Assembly: GCF_964355755.1 (NCBI RefSeq)
Contig: NC_092676.1
Location: 1,803,788 to 1,867,787 of the forward strand
DNA from: Antedon mediterranea
Taxonomy: Eukaryota; Animalia; Echinodermata
Length of the DNA stretch: 64,000 nt
Reading direction: 5' to 3'
The notes under the pieces are model-generated. The model did no database searches. It worked only from the letters and a program-made list of their open reading frames with translations, and was not told the origin of the DNA. Shown in pieces: positions 23,388 through 37,300 of this stretch (within the stretch, counting starts at the first letter, position 1; each line of letters begins with the position of its first letter). The position numbers were made by a program, and so were the translations under genes.

Positions 23388-25945
23388 TTAATCCTCAATT
23401 TCAATATCGTCGTCTAAATCAAGATCATCGATATCTTCAAATAATGATTCATCTACTTCAACCCGGTCACCTGTAAAAAAATGAATTAAATCATGAATTA
23501 TAAATTTTTAAAAATCAAAATTCCTATTCCCACTAGAGACTCAACGCAAGACGTAAGGGCAGTAATTTGATCAATCACAAACGATGGATCATCAGAACTG
23601 TTGCTTGTGATTGGTCAGCTCACATTTGTTGCGCCTACATCATTACATTGCGTCTAAGTGGAAACAAAGCAAACTGCTACTACTATCATATACAAAGTTT
23701 AATTGACATGTGTCGATAAAATATCTTTTCTCTTTAAAATATTGAATTATGAATAAAAATACCTTTTCTTTTTAAATTATTTATCAATTATATGACTTAC
23801 TTTCATCCAATAGAGTTAAATCTGAATCGTCTTTAACCTTTCCATGTAAAAATAATTCTCTGCCTGCAAAGATAAAAGAAATAATCGATTAAATTTTAAA
23901 GGCCAAAACTTGATAACCCAAAGCATTTTTTGGTCTTTTATTTTAAGTTTTGATTTTTTTTTCAAAAAAGAATAATCTTCTTTAACAATCATCAGAAAAT
24001 TGGGTAATTCATCACTGGAAGATGTTTATTAAAAAATTAAAATATTCAAATTTGATGGAAAAAAATCATGTTTAAACTGAACTGACTAATAGACTGACCT
24101 GTGAGTTTCTTTGACTTTATTTCAGTAACTTGTTTTGTTTTCATTTCACCTCCAAATGTTGTTTTCCATTTCAAGAATGACTCTATTGTTACTGGTGTGC
24201 CTATAAATACTTTTTCCTGCATAAACAAACAAAAACCATTGTATGTATATATATGGGAACATCACATTTTTTTGTCACATAGAGCAGATAGTGTAGACAG
24301 AGCTTTAAGGTACACAGAATGAACAAATTAACTGCCACGCTAACAATAGTCTAAACAGTCTACACTGTGTGTGGTGTGTGGATTATTTGTAGATTTAAGA
24401 ATAAAATTCAGAAATACCTCCTCCTTCTTTAGCCTTTCTTCTTCTGCTACTTTTGCATTTTCTTTTTCTATTTTTATTCTGTCTAAACTTTCATTCAGGT
24501 ATTCTTGTACAGCTGATACTAAAGTGAAAACCATTACCATTCCGAGATTTTCCTCTGCCTAAAAAGTAAAACATAACAGCAAACACTTTGAATATTTTCA
24601 GTGTTGTTACTAAAGATTTGTCTACACTATTGACACGATGATGTGATATCACTACCATATTTGGGCATATCTCTACCATATTTGGGCATATCACTACCAT
24701 ATTTGGGCACATCACACTTGTTTTTTGTCAGACTTGTTTGTAGACATTTCTTTAAGCAAGACAAACATTACATTTACATACATACAATAACATTTTAAAA
24801 TCATTTTAATTAAATAATTGATGATAATCAATGTGATAATTCACCTGTTCTTTTAAAAGTTTCAATATCGCTTCTTCATCTTCTTCTTCTAAACTACAAG
24901 ATACTATTTCAAAATTTGGGGATTCATCGGGGTACATTGCGGTATATTCAAAGTGTAGCACAACACAAACTGTAAATAAAAACATTTAATAATCTTGAAT
25001 GTAGAGTAATAAAAATGATGACAATGAGGATGATTAATTAAATAATGTCTTAAGGCTCTGTCCACACTATCAAACTGTATGTAACAAAAACATTGATGTA
25101 TATATGGACATGATGTCATATCACTACCATATTTGGGTATATCACTACCATATTTGGGTATATCACTACCATAATTGAGCACATCACACTTTTTTTTTGT
25201 CAAATTAGTTTGATAGTGTAGATCATTTTTTATACTCACCACTGTCTACTGCTTCATCTAAGTAATTATTTGATTCTGATGATATACTGATATCAAAGCT
25301 ATCTGATGATATACCTACAATTAAATTACAATAAATTAATAATAAAAGATATTAAAGTTACATATTACGCAATACACTTACACTTAATGTTTGATGGAAA
25401 TAGTTTAGGCTAGTGCCTATTAGATTCCATTTCTAGCCGAAAATAGTTGTCAAGTCTAGACTTAAAGATGTTCACTGAAGAGGCTTGTATTACATATTCA
25501 GGCAGAGAATTCCAGTGATGTATGACTCTGATGGTAAAAAAGTTGACCCTGCACTATGCAATATGCAATATACTATGCAATATGGAATGCAATATGGAGT
25601 ACATTAATAAAATATAGTAGGCCTATTTATCGATACAAATACAAATAAGAGTAGACTACGTAGGTCTACTAACTAACATGAACTAGGCCTAGCCTAGCTA
25701 GCTAGGCCCTACCAAGACCGGGCACCATCACAATACTTCTACTACTACTCTCTCTATCTAGGCCTAGGCTACTAGGTTTTAGGCCAGCCAGGCTAGGACT
25801 CTGAGTCATGGCCTGCCGGCCGTGTGTGTTCGATAATGCGAAAGCAGCACATATTTTGACATTTCTAAATACCTGAGAATTCTTCTGGGTAAATACATTG
25901 CAGCGCTTCAATCTCGTTTCGTTGTTCTTCTTTATAATCTGTCAT
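23388..25945 (-). CDS. RWDD1: RWD domain-containing protein 1 (DFRP2); exons 25945-25873, 25314-25240, 24969-24845, 24558-24418, 24216-24099, 23863-23801, 23470-23388; 225 aa
   Basis: MTDYKEEQRNEIEALQCIYPEEF, YPDESP (RWD YPxxxP), AEENLGMVMVFTLVSAVQE, GTPVTIESFLKWK, KLTGRELF, VEVDESLFED. Confidence 0.93.
23525..23670. mobile_element. MITE family B, degenerate copy
   Basis: TTCCCACTAG...CAATCACAA...TTGTGATTGG...AGTGGAAAC. Confidence 0.7.
24240..24304. mobile_element. MITE family A, 3' fragment
   Basis: Right TIR GATAGTGTAGACAGAGCT. Confidence 0.65.
24615..24750. mobile_element. MITE family A, degenerate copy
   Basis: Three internal 21-bp units and degenerate TIRs. Confidence 0.7.
25054..25222. 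mobile_element. MITE family A copy
   Basis: Left TIR, three internal units and a truncated right TIR. Confidence 0.75.
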
Positions 25946-26022
25946 TTGTACAAGATTTTCTCACTACACCACCAAACGAAATGACTTCACTTCTTTTTTT
26001 TTTCCTGTTTTTGTACATGTGG

Positions 26023-26035
26023 TGAACTTTGACCC
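26023..26035 (-). promoter_or_regulatory. DR1 nuclear-receptor element upstream of RWDD1
   Basis: GGGTCA-A-AGTTCA, about 80 bp upstream of the RWDD1 ATG. Confidence 0.4.
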
Positions 26036-27515
26036 TTGTACCTACCCGTTCCGCAACAGTAAGTTTAGATCATAACACAAATCGGCTTGGTTTTTTCGTT
26101 TTAGTATTTACTCCATGTGTTAAAAAGTATACAGTATTTCATATGTTTTAATTCTTTTTTCTGAAGTCTTATTTGGTGTTTAAAAATCAATGTTCACTCC
26201 AATTTCTACTTTCATTCTCTATTATTATTGATTTGCATATATGAATAAATCAACACAACACAAAACAACATAATCATTGATTTCATCATTTATTTTATTC
26301 CATAACTATATTTTTTCACATGTATCTATTGTATACAAAATGACAGAATATATACAATAATTAATAATCGAAATATGAATATATATATTTAAGTGAAATT
26401 TGAATTACTTTACATAACAATGACAAATATTTCATTTGATTAAAAAGTTTATACAAATTGTACATATATATTATACTTTTTTGTCCAATTTGTACCAAAA
26501 AAAAGGAAGACAATTTTACCACTACAGACCAAAACTGACTCTCATCCTGAGGTATATGTCTTTGAGTGATGACATTGTTTAGTAGTGACAGTATAGACTG
26601 AGCCCCTTTTTTGGAAGGGATGGGGTTATAGTACTAATTCCTCTATTACAACTTCTACAAAATCGTATAAAGTTGAGAGTCAGTTTCAGAACACTTTTTA
26701 CAAACTTCTGTCTTTTATTTTTAAGTTACAAATCAAATGACACTCTTCAGATTAGACATAAAGTAGTGATACTGTGTGCAATATGTGAATGTAATAAACA
26801 TGAATATTTATATATCTAGGGTCTATAGTGTTCTTCCTTGTTTGATTGACAAACTTTGCGGACAATATTAATATTAATATTAATATTAATTCAATTAGTA
26901 CACCATCATTTTGAATAAGAATACAATTTATAATCATTTCATTTGATTGAGGTATCCACGATTCATCTGCCAAATTTTAATACAATACAAAATTTCAAAA
27001 ATAACTAACATTATAGTGTTGAAAAATAAGAAAGAAAAGGAATTAGGGTCATATAAGCTTTTTAGCTTGTTAACCAAACCATTAACATCAATCAAGTATT
27101 TCCCCCCCCCCCCCACCCACCCCCCACATTCATAACTATGAATAAACTTTATGATTATAAATTTAATGTTGTCTACATCATCATAATTCTAACACTCTCC
27201 TAATCCTATTGTTTAGCATAGTACTTTGATTTGGTCTCATAAATAAAGACACACGGTTAGAAAAAGTCAAAGGTCAAGATCTATAAATAGAAATCACCTG
27301 TATTGTATTAACACACAGTAAAAGTAAAAGAATATATTTTAAACAAATTAATTTACATTCAAATAATTTCAGATTTTAAAAATACATATTTACAATTATG
27401 TTGATTAAAATTATTTAACTTAATGCAATAATATAATATTTATAATAGAGTTTATATAATTATACAAATATATTTAAATTATTAATATAATTATATATAT
27501 TAAAGGTTAATCATA

Positions 27516-27906
27516 TTTATTTCTTTATTTATTTATTCTTTCTTTTGACTGGATTGAATTTTCAGTAACGCAGTACTGCTTTCCAAAATGGTCCAGTTAT
27601 ACGTTTAAAAGTAAATAAAATTTATAACATATATAAATACATAGTAGGCCTAATTTAAAAGATATACACAGAACAGTTAAAAAGAAAATTAAAAAAATAA
27701 ATGTAGGATCACTTAGATGACATTAGAGTTGCTATATTTTTGAGTTTATAAATATTTTTCCCAGTTACTTTTGTTCTAGTTTCAGTTGGTAAAAGATTCC
27801 ATTCTTTTGTTGCTCTGTATTTAAAGGTTCTTTTACCTTGAGCATTTTCCCAGTTTGGTGTTATTAGTGTTTTTAATTTCCTGCACGCGTATCTCGAGTC
27901 TACTGG
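27516..27906 (-). mobile_element. 5'-truncated CR1/L2-clade LINE 3' end
   Basis: Minus-strand frame ...TPNWENAQGKRTFKYRATKEWNLLPTE... is a typical ORF2 C-terminal motif, followed by a 3' stem-loop region and (AATA)n tail. Confidence 0.7.
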
Positions 27907-28363
27907 TGAACTACGTTGTGAATTAATATTAATTATTTATGTACATGTATATGGTTATGGTAGTAATTTATTTATTAATATATTTTATACATTCAAGCCT
28001 AAAATGTTAATATTTTGTATCAAAACATATGAATATATTGTTACTTTAAATGAATATTTGAAATTAATATAGTAATCAGTTTAAATTATTAACTTTATAG
28101 GTGAAACATTATACTGCCCCCTATTGCCAATTCATGAACTAACACCATAATGCCCGAGTATCATCCTATGCTTGAGTATAACCCCACCCCTTAATTGTTG
28201 GCTAAATTCACACAAACATCCTTTTTTTTGGAATCCAAGTATAGACCCACCCGGGACTATAATAATACTCAAAAATATATATTTTTTGTGAATTAATATG
28301 AATGATGAATGAAATAGATATACAGTTTTATACTGACTGATAACCAACCTAAAATAAAATATT

Positions 28364-31300
28364 TTATAAATGCGTTTCACTTCCCTTCACACAAATAATA
28401 GAATTTTCCTGAATATCTTCTTGCATTTGCTGGCGCCCTCTAGCATCATCGTCAATGTCCGTTTCATTGTTCATATTTGATTCATGAGAATTATAAGTTG
28501 CACTATCAGTCTCTTCTTGTGATTTATTTTCATTTAAAGAATCTTTAGTTTCAGAATCTTTTGAGTCAACTATTGATTGTTCTTGTGAATTTCTATCACT
28601 GTTTTCAGTTGGTACAGTGGTGTCTTCTATTTTATTGTGTTCCACGCGGTTTTGACATGGTACCACTGTGTCCTCCTCCTCCTGTTCATCACTCTCTTGA
28701 GATGTTGCATGCATATCTGTTATTCTATATTCAACATTGTTTTCAACAGCTGTATCTCCTATTCTATCTTCTTCAACAACATTGTTTTCAACAGCTGTAT
28801 CTCCTATTCTATCTTCTTCAACAACATTGTTTTCAGATGGTGCAATTGCTTCTTCTAATTTGTCACTACTTTCTTCATCTGTTAACCTATTTGATATTTC
28901 AGTCACTTCTTTTTCTTCACCATTCCTTTTGTTTTCTAATTCTTCATCTCCATTCTCCTCCACTTCCTGTTCTCCTTCACTACTTACATTATTCTCCTCT
29001 TTATCAAGAATGTTACCATAAATGTTTTTCCATTGCTGTAGAGTCTCTGAGGTAACTGGTCCAGACAAAATGTCCATTATGCATCCTAACTCGGATTGTT
29101 TGGCCTAAAATTAAGACAAAAATGTGAATTTTACAGTTGTGAACAACTGCTTATACGCAGATAACAAAAAATAATTATAGGCAAACAATAGACACACTGC
29201 AATACAAGAAGAAGTTAAATATTTTAAAGTCTCACCTTGATGGTTCTTTGTAGAGTTCTCTTTTCCAATAGCAGTTTGTTCCTCGTTGGATCCCTATGTA
29301 ATACTGTTTGCTTGCGTATCAGACTTTTTCTTCCAGACATTCGTCTTGCCCTATCAAAGCCCTTTACCTCAGCGCCGCTAGACCGAACCTCCGTCATCAT
29401 CATTAATAATGGATCCTTTGCGTCTATAGATGCAAGTAAACTTATTCATCAAATTTTATATTACATTCATCTTACCTTTAGAGTAGGTTCAAACCCAATG
29501 TTCACAAGTGAACTAGGGGGATGGATTAGCATAATATATCTGCTATTGGAGTAAATTACACAAGAATACACCACATAGGGTAGGTTATTCCATTTTATGT
29601 TACAGGGGTGTTACTCTCTACTCTAGATGTCAAGGAAATAAAAATATTATCTGATTTATTTTATTGAAGAATAATATAAAACTATTTGAATTTATGAAGT
29701 TGAAATAAGAATACTAAATAAATTAAAGAACTTGATAAAAATGATTTATATAAAAATGATTTATAATATAAAATATATAAAATGAATTTAACATAAAATG
29801 AATGTAGTGTATGACCAAGATAGTGAAACAGGAGCATCAATCTGCATAGAAAATGATGCAGAGCTGTAATTTGAAAAAATATTTGAACGATCAACAAAAA
29901 TTAAAATGTTTTTGTTTGTTTGTTTTATTGGTTTCTCCCCACATTTTAAAATAAAAGATAAAAATTTCAAATTGCAAAAAAAATGTGTGGTATGGTAAAC
30001 ATAAAATGTGGATGATAAATGAAAACAAAAATATTCAAACCAAATACTACCAAACAAAAATATGGCAAAAGTAACAAAAGAGGAATTTAATAGAAATGAT
30101 AGGGTTGTTAAAACATCACAGAAAGAAATTCTGAAAAAAACTGATTAATGAAACCACAGCAGTAAACCAATATTAGTAATAGGTACATTCAATGAAACAA
30201 CAATATTTTTGGAGCAAAAGATTAAAAGCAATAAAAAAAACTGCAATACAATCATTGTAATAAAGGACTATCCATGGATGGCATTCACTAAATAAGTAAT
30301 ATAGTCACTCTAATTGAAATATAAAATAATAACATGTTATTATTTATTATCATCTTCATTACCATTAGTACTTTTTTGGTGTTGTTTTATAGACATATAG
30401 CTCTGTAATAGGTAAACAAATGATGTGAAATATGTTTTTAAGTTGCAACAAGGATGTTAAGGGCTTATTGGCTGTTCAAGCATTTTTTTTTCTTGTGCAA
30501 TGAAGACGCCATAAGTGATTATATTAAACGTGATTGGCATGTTAGTACAGACAGAATGTCTAAAGCCCTGTCTACACTATCAAACTAGTTTGACAAAAAA
30601 TGGTGATGTGCCCAAATATGGTAGTGATATGCCCAAATAGGGTAGTAATATTACATTGTCAAACTAGTTTGATAGTGCAGACAGAGCTTATGCATAGGGC
30701 ATAGTCAAATATATGTTAGTACAGTAAAGACAGAATGAAATGAAATATTCAATTGTTTTACTTCTGAAGAATAAATGAAAAATTAAACTAAACATTCATG
30801 TTAAGGTTTGAAAAATAAAAATTATAAATACAACAAACAGTTAAAACATTTAATTATGATTAAATCAAGTGCAAGGGTAAATAATTAATTTTGCTTGCAT
30901 ACACATTATTAATTTGTTAGTAGAAATAATAATTGCCATAACATGACCATTATCAGTATACTATAGTGGATAACCAAAGCAATCAAATAATTCCAAATAA
31001 TTAAATCTTTGTGGAGGCAACATGCTATTTCCCCACTGGGAGGTTTACATTTTTATTTTATTAGAGGTGCATTAAACCATGGAGGTATAAAACTAAATTT
31101 AAACCTCCATGATTAAACTTGAACTTTATTTAAAACAGGGTAAAATGGTGAATGATCAAAATTCTTTGTATTCGTAGAAATTAGATTGCTTTAGTTTAAA
31201 TAGATATAAACTAAAAAATACCAAAAGTGCATTAGTAAATAATAATCACCAAAGGAAAGAAAGTATGAAAATGCTTTTTTGCCATTTGTGATTGGTAAGT

Positions 31301-34300
31301 ACCTGGTTCTTGTTTTGTATCAACATCATCTGTCGCCATAGCAACATCAATTAACGATGTTGCCTTAGCATCAACTAACGAATGTTTCTTTGGTTTGGAA
31401 GATTCAGCGGCCGTAGTGTAGCTGCGTTTTATTTCGTTGTCTCCTCTGGATTTAAGGGCGTTCTTTAAGCGTCGCATTACACCCGGACTTGCTGTACCAT
31501 TGAATATGTTTGATGCTGATTTGGCTTTAGGCCTGCCCTGTGTTGAATGTACACTGAGACTAGCATATGAATTTGATTTAGTAATATTTCCCAATTCAGT
31601 ATTTGGCACGCTGCCATTTTGTGTTTGTATGCTGCCCTCTATTGCTAATGTACTCATGGACGATGCTCTTTTTATGGAATTTGGTTCTATTTCATCACCT
31701 GTGCTGCTGGAAGATGACCTTTGACTCTTGACTGACCCTTCTCCATTAATTGTGATATTTGGATTTGTATCACTATCACTCTCATCACCACTTTCGCTAT
31801 GGTAACCAGCCATATCTAAATAATATTAAACAAATACATTACAATGGATTGTAAAAATATGTAATAAATCAAAAATATATTTATAAAAAAATGTATATAC
31901 AGGAGAACATTTTTATTAAGGGGACATTTTCAGGACCCCACAAAGTGTTATTTAATCAGGATGTTCCCTAATAGTGGGTTGGCCATGCGTTAAAAAATAT
32001 ATATCAGAAATCTTCATAGAAAAGTTCCCTTTACTGTACTGCTGCTACTACCTATTGTATTGGTTTTTTAAAGAAACTTTCTAGAGTCGTAGACAGAGCC
32101 CTGTTTGGTGGCAGCTGTATGACACCAAAAAAAAACCTTAGAGAGAAGAAAGTCGCTGTCCACACCTGAGTCGCAGGTTAATCCCCCACATTTACAATTG
32201 ATTAACTATTTGTATAGCTCCACAACTAAATGCATTAATTAGATACACCAAACTCACCATTCACCATCTGAACAAGTTCTTCATTTCCCTCCTCAGGTAG
32301 AGCTTCAGGTATATTAAACGTTACAGAAGCTAAGTGAAGTTTTTCCACCCAAGAATCCAAGTCTTTTTTGCTTTCAGCAGAAAATATAAAAGGTTTTAAA
32401 CCTTTATGGCTGATTCGAAATTGGCTGAAATATAAATTAATTTGATAATTATCAAGTGAATTATGACCCTAACATAATAAAGTCAATAATAATGCTTACT
32501 TATTTTAATAAAGTTATGTGTAGAAAATTAACACCCAATAACAGAAATACTGTAAACGAATTTGTTATATCATACACACACTTAGGTGATTAGCAATAAA
32601 GCGTGGTTCCCACTGGCGACGCAACGCAAGGACGTAACGCAACGCAAGTGAATTGACCAATCACAAGCGATGGCTTATTCGCTTGTGATTGCTAACAGTC
32701 TATAACTTCGCTTGTCATTGGTTAAAACGCTTGCGTTGCGTTTACGTCCTTGCGTTACGTTCTAGTGGGAACCAAGCTTAAGTATTAACATGCCATTAAT
32801 AACTGTTTCATTAATTTCATGATTAATTAATGTGTATATATTTAAAATAGAATCACATGGAACCAGTAATTATTTGTATACATTGTTAGCATCATTAAGA
32901 CACTATGGATGTGTTACAGTTGGTTATGTGGTTTTGAGGATCTTAGTGGAGTGAACTCTTTCCTAGGATACATGCTAATGTAAAGTTTTGTGTTTTATTT
33001 TTTAATAGTAGTACTGTATATAAGAGTATAAAACCAGGGGCCTTGGTTATAAAATTTGAGTTGGTATTGTTTATATTAATAATGGATTGTGTCTGAATAA
33101 TATAGTGAGGGGGGGGGGGGAGATATGCTTGAGCCTAGCATTATAAATAGCTATATAAAGTACATGGTAATAATTAACATCATCAAATCATAGCTTAAAT
33201 GAAATTGAAACAATTAACGCTTTTGATGTCATAAAAGTGAACAAAAATGTTGTTTGACAGAAATATTGTGGATTGGTTGTCACTGTTGGTGACTAACTTA
33301 GTGTCGTCATTTATTTAGATACGTACAATTGTTTCTTGTGTTCTTCTTTTTTCTCCTCACGTTTTACTTCATATCCCACCAAACATATTATTCCTTTTGC
33401 TTTTAAATCCTGAAATCAAACAACATAGTTTTTATGGATCATGGATTTTTTCAGTAATTTACCTTTTACATTTAAAATAAAATCACCCAATTTATCACCA
33501 ATATAGGATATAAAGATAATAATAATCAAATAATTTTGATACCTTTTTACTTTTGTAGTAGTAGAAAGCCAAGTCTTTGAGCACGCACCAAAACGGAGTC
33601 CATTTACCAAAGCGTGTATCCGCTTTCTTTTCCAGCCAACCCTCATACTGACCTGGACCGAGGTCAATACACGATACATGTCGGTCTTTGCGTGACCTTG
33701 TTGAGCCTTTCTTTGGACGTAACTTGACCTTTTGAATATATGATATGTTAGAAACTTTATGACTTTGCTTCTTAATAAAAGATAATTTGTTGATTTGCTA
33801 ATCAATAAAACATTAATATTATATGTTTATTTAAAACCAATGATGCACTGATTATGTATAAATAACATAGTATAAAACATTAATTCAAATAATGAAAAGA
33901 AAGTCTAGATTTAACAGGTAGATATTAGTAACAATGAAAATTATACAAAATTACTGAATCATGACTTCCCTCTCATTAAGTGGAGTAAGTTTTATTCAAT
34001 GTTATTTTCATTTTATTTTCACTTTATTTATTTGGCACAAGAGGTCAATCAGTTGCGTCAGCCACAACACAATAGTATTTGTAACTACAACCTCCAATCA
34101 ATTATTGATCAATTATATTTACTTGTGACCGTGTTGATACAGTTAAACCTACAGGCTCTGACTTGATAGACGATGGTTCTGAGTTGATAGACGACGGTCT
34201 CTCACTACACACACTGTGAAATATAATCATTATTTGTTCATCTTTATTAAAATAAGTAAATACATAACTTCTGTCTACACTATCAAACTAGTTTAACAAA

Positions 34301-37300
34301 AAAAAGTGTGATGTGCCCAAAATGGTAGTGATAAGCCCAAATATGGTAGTAATATGACATCATCATGTCCATATATGGGCACATCACATTTTTTTGTTCC
34401 TAAAGTTTGATAGTGTAGACAGAGCTTTACAGAGAATGTCTTTAATTGAATGCTACACAAACAGTGTGCCGATTGCAGTTGAAATAACATGGAAAGTCAA
34501 CAACAATATTCGATTTTTTAATAAAGAGTTTACGCTTTTTGGAGAAACAGAATAAACATGCCAGAAGTTCTCGCTTAATTACAATTTAAGTGAATTTGTG
34601 CTTTTCCATTTGTTGTACTTAATTATGCATTAGCACTTAAGATGATTATACAATGTATTTTGTACTGTTGAAATTGGTTCCATTAAAAATAAATTCAGAA
34701 ACCTCAATCTTTTGTGTCAAACACATTAAACTCTCAACTTGACGAATGTTAAAGTGGGACATTAGAAAACTTAACTAACAATAGAAATCCCTTAAAAATG
34801 GAAAAACGTGTCCTGTTAAACTTTTGTCCTGGATTCCTTAATTTTTTTTAGAGACAAAATCTTAAAATTCCAATCTTTTGTGTGAAACACATTGAACTCT
34901 CAGCTCAAGTGGGACACTGGAAAACTGAACTAACAATAGAAGAGAGAACTCAAGTGCTTTTGTGATGTTTGTAAAAGTAAATTTCAAGAAAACAGTGTGG
35001 TACAACTTGTGGATAAGTACATGTAAATTATACCAAAGTCATGGTTACCTATTTGTATCTGTGGTATCAGACAAGTCAGAAGGTACAACTGGTTCCGGTG
35101 CAACTGGTTCCTCGTCACCCTCTCCAGCTGGTACCACCTCTTTGATGTCATCTAAAACCATCTTACTCTCATTCTCTTCATTTAATTCAACCTCTTTCTC
35201 CTCTTTTTCAATTGATTCAATGTCTTTTTCATTTATTTCATCCTCCTTGTTCTCCTTGTTGACATTTTGGTTCAATTCAATCTCCTCATCCTTTAATACA
35301 CCATCTGATTGTGTTGTGTCTTCTACAATGTTGTCTGTAGATGTTTCAGTAGCATTTTTGATATTGTTTAAATTCTTTTCATCTTCGTTTGTTTCTTCTT
35401 TTTGTTTTACTTCAATTTCTACATTTTCCACTATAAAATCAGGCAAAATTATTTCATACATAAAAATAAACATTTTAACTTAAAATATGATTTATCAAAT
35501 GATAATGATTTACCAAATGATTATCATTATTCATGTTAAGGATGGGGAATTGAATAATCACTATCATTGGGAAAGATGCTCGACATAATAAAGTCTTATA
35601 ACAAATCTTAAGTGTTGTATTGATAAAAAAAAACCTGGCAGAAATCAGAATTATCAACTCAGTAGCCAGCATCTTAACCCTCAAACTACAGTTACATATT
35701 AAGTGTTAATCATTTTAAACTTATTTTTAATATATTGATTGAGTTATTATCAAATAGCCATGCATATTTTGTGTTCTAATTATAGAAGTAATCATTTATA
35801 AAACAAACATACACAAACCATACTTAATCCTATACTACATAGATATTTTAATACAATGTATATCCAAGTTTTAATGATGATAATGATTATGTACACATTA
35901 ACCACCATTCCATCAATAGCTCATGGTTGTGTGGGCTTAGATGTTGACATTTTAAAGTGCATTCTTTTCCCCTAAGGGTCATGTCAGTGCAGTGGGATCT
36001 ACTGAAACAGGGTAACCCCTTTAATATGGTGTTAGTAGAAAGATACTATATCAACTTACATTGCACTTTATCAGATTCAGTACTCATATCTGAAGATAAA
36101 GAGTTGATCTTCTGCTCCTCTTCTTTTGCATCAAGATCTGTTTCAACATACGGTCGATACGCACCATTCGTATCGTCCACTCCCGTACTCGGTTCTTTTG
36201 TTCCCAGTTCGCTGCTCTCTGCTCGATTCAGTCCTCCTGGTGGACTGTCATCCTTCTCAATACTGTAAAATATAACAAACAAAGAACAAAATAAAAAAGT
36301 ATTCATTTACTAATTGCATTTATGACATGTAGTTTATAATTTCTTACATCCTTGATAAGAAATTAGATATCAATAACGATATCATAACTAACTGTGATGT
36401 AGCTATTTTATTGTTGTATATGATATGGTAACAGATGTCCGCCCATACATTGCCCATTGATTCAATATATGTCCAATCAATTTTAATTTATTACTATACA
36501 ATTGACACGTTTGTTAGTTATGTCCAGGGATGTCACCAGCTTTTGGTAGTGCCGACCGGCTTGGATATAGTTCATAGTTCATTATTTGTCCAAAAGGAAA
36601 TTCATGTCCAATTTCTAAAAATTAGTTGAAGGTTGTATAGTATTACAATTGTTTTTAACAATTTTAGATTAAATACATTAATATTTTGATTTCGCTGAGT
36701 GCCAACGTTTAATTGTTTTATGCCGTATGTTATGTCCTCGACGGTGAATATAAATGGAAATAGAGGTACTGGTGAACCTCAATGAACTAGGCCAACTTTT
36801 TAATTTACAATCGTTAAAATAAACTATATGCATTATACTATTCAATTGTTATCATCATACTCTCATATCCAAATTTTTTCTTTACCAAATTTCATTTGTA
36901 CCTCGTTAAAGTGACAATAAATAATATTGTATCATAACAATGTATTTTATCATACTCTCATATCTTAATTAAAATTAATAGTGTATGATTTATTATATTA
37001 TACTATTACAGTAGTATAAAGTCTATTTCACACCAACAATATCTATTTATAACATTTTCAACTGTAGCTAGAAGTTTTAATGTTAGATAATGATAAAATC
37101 CCTGTGCATTTGAAATCATGTTATAGCGCAACCACAAACCACTCCCTGTACTAACACTCCTGGCATGAGGTTGGATTGATGAACTAATATAAACTCTAGT
37201 TTCCTGGTACTTCCATGGAATAATAATAAAAAGTAGTCTAGTAACTGTGAACTTTACATTAAAAAAAAAAAATTTATATCCAGAAAAATTAGGTAATATA

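Noticed and set aside
23990-24020. C/D box snoRNA in an RWDD1 intron (GTGATGA...CTGA, minus strand)
   Set aside because: The boxes are only 13 nt apart and no upstream C box or terminal stem was found.
29476-30402. Extra small CNK exons (30402-30363 and about 29511-29476)
   Set aside because: Their phases do not fit the flanking phase-1 junction, and 31303->29423 already joins in frame. They cannot be supported without RNA data.
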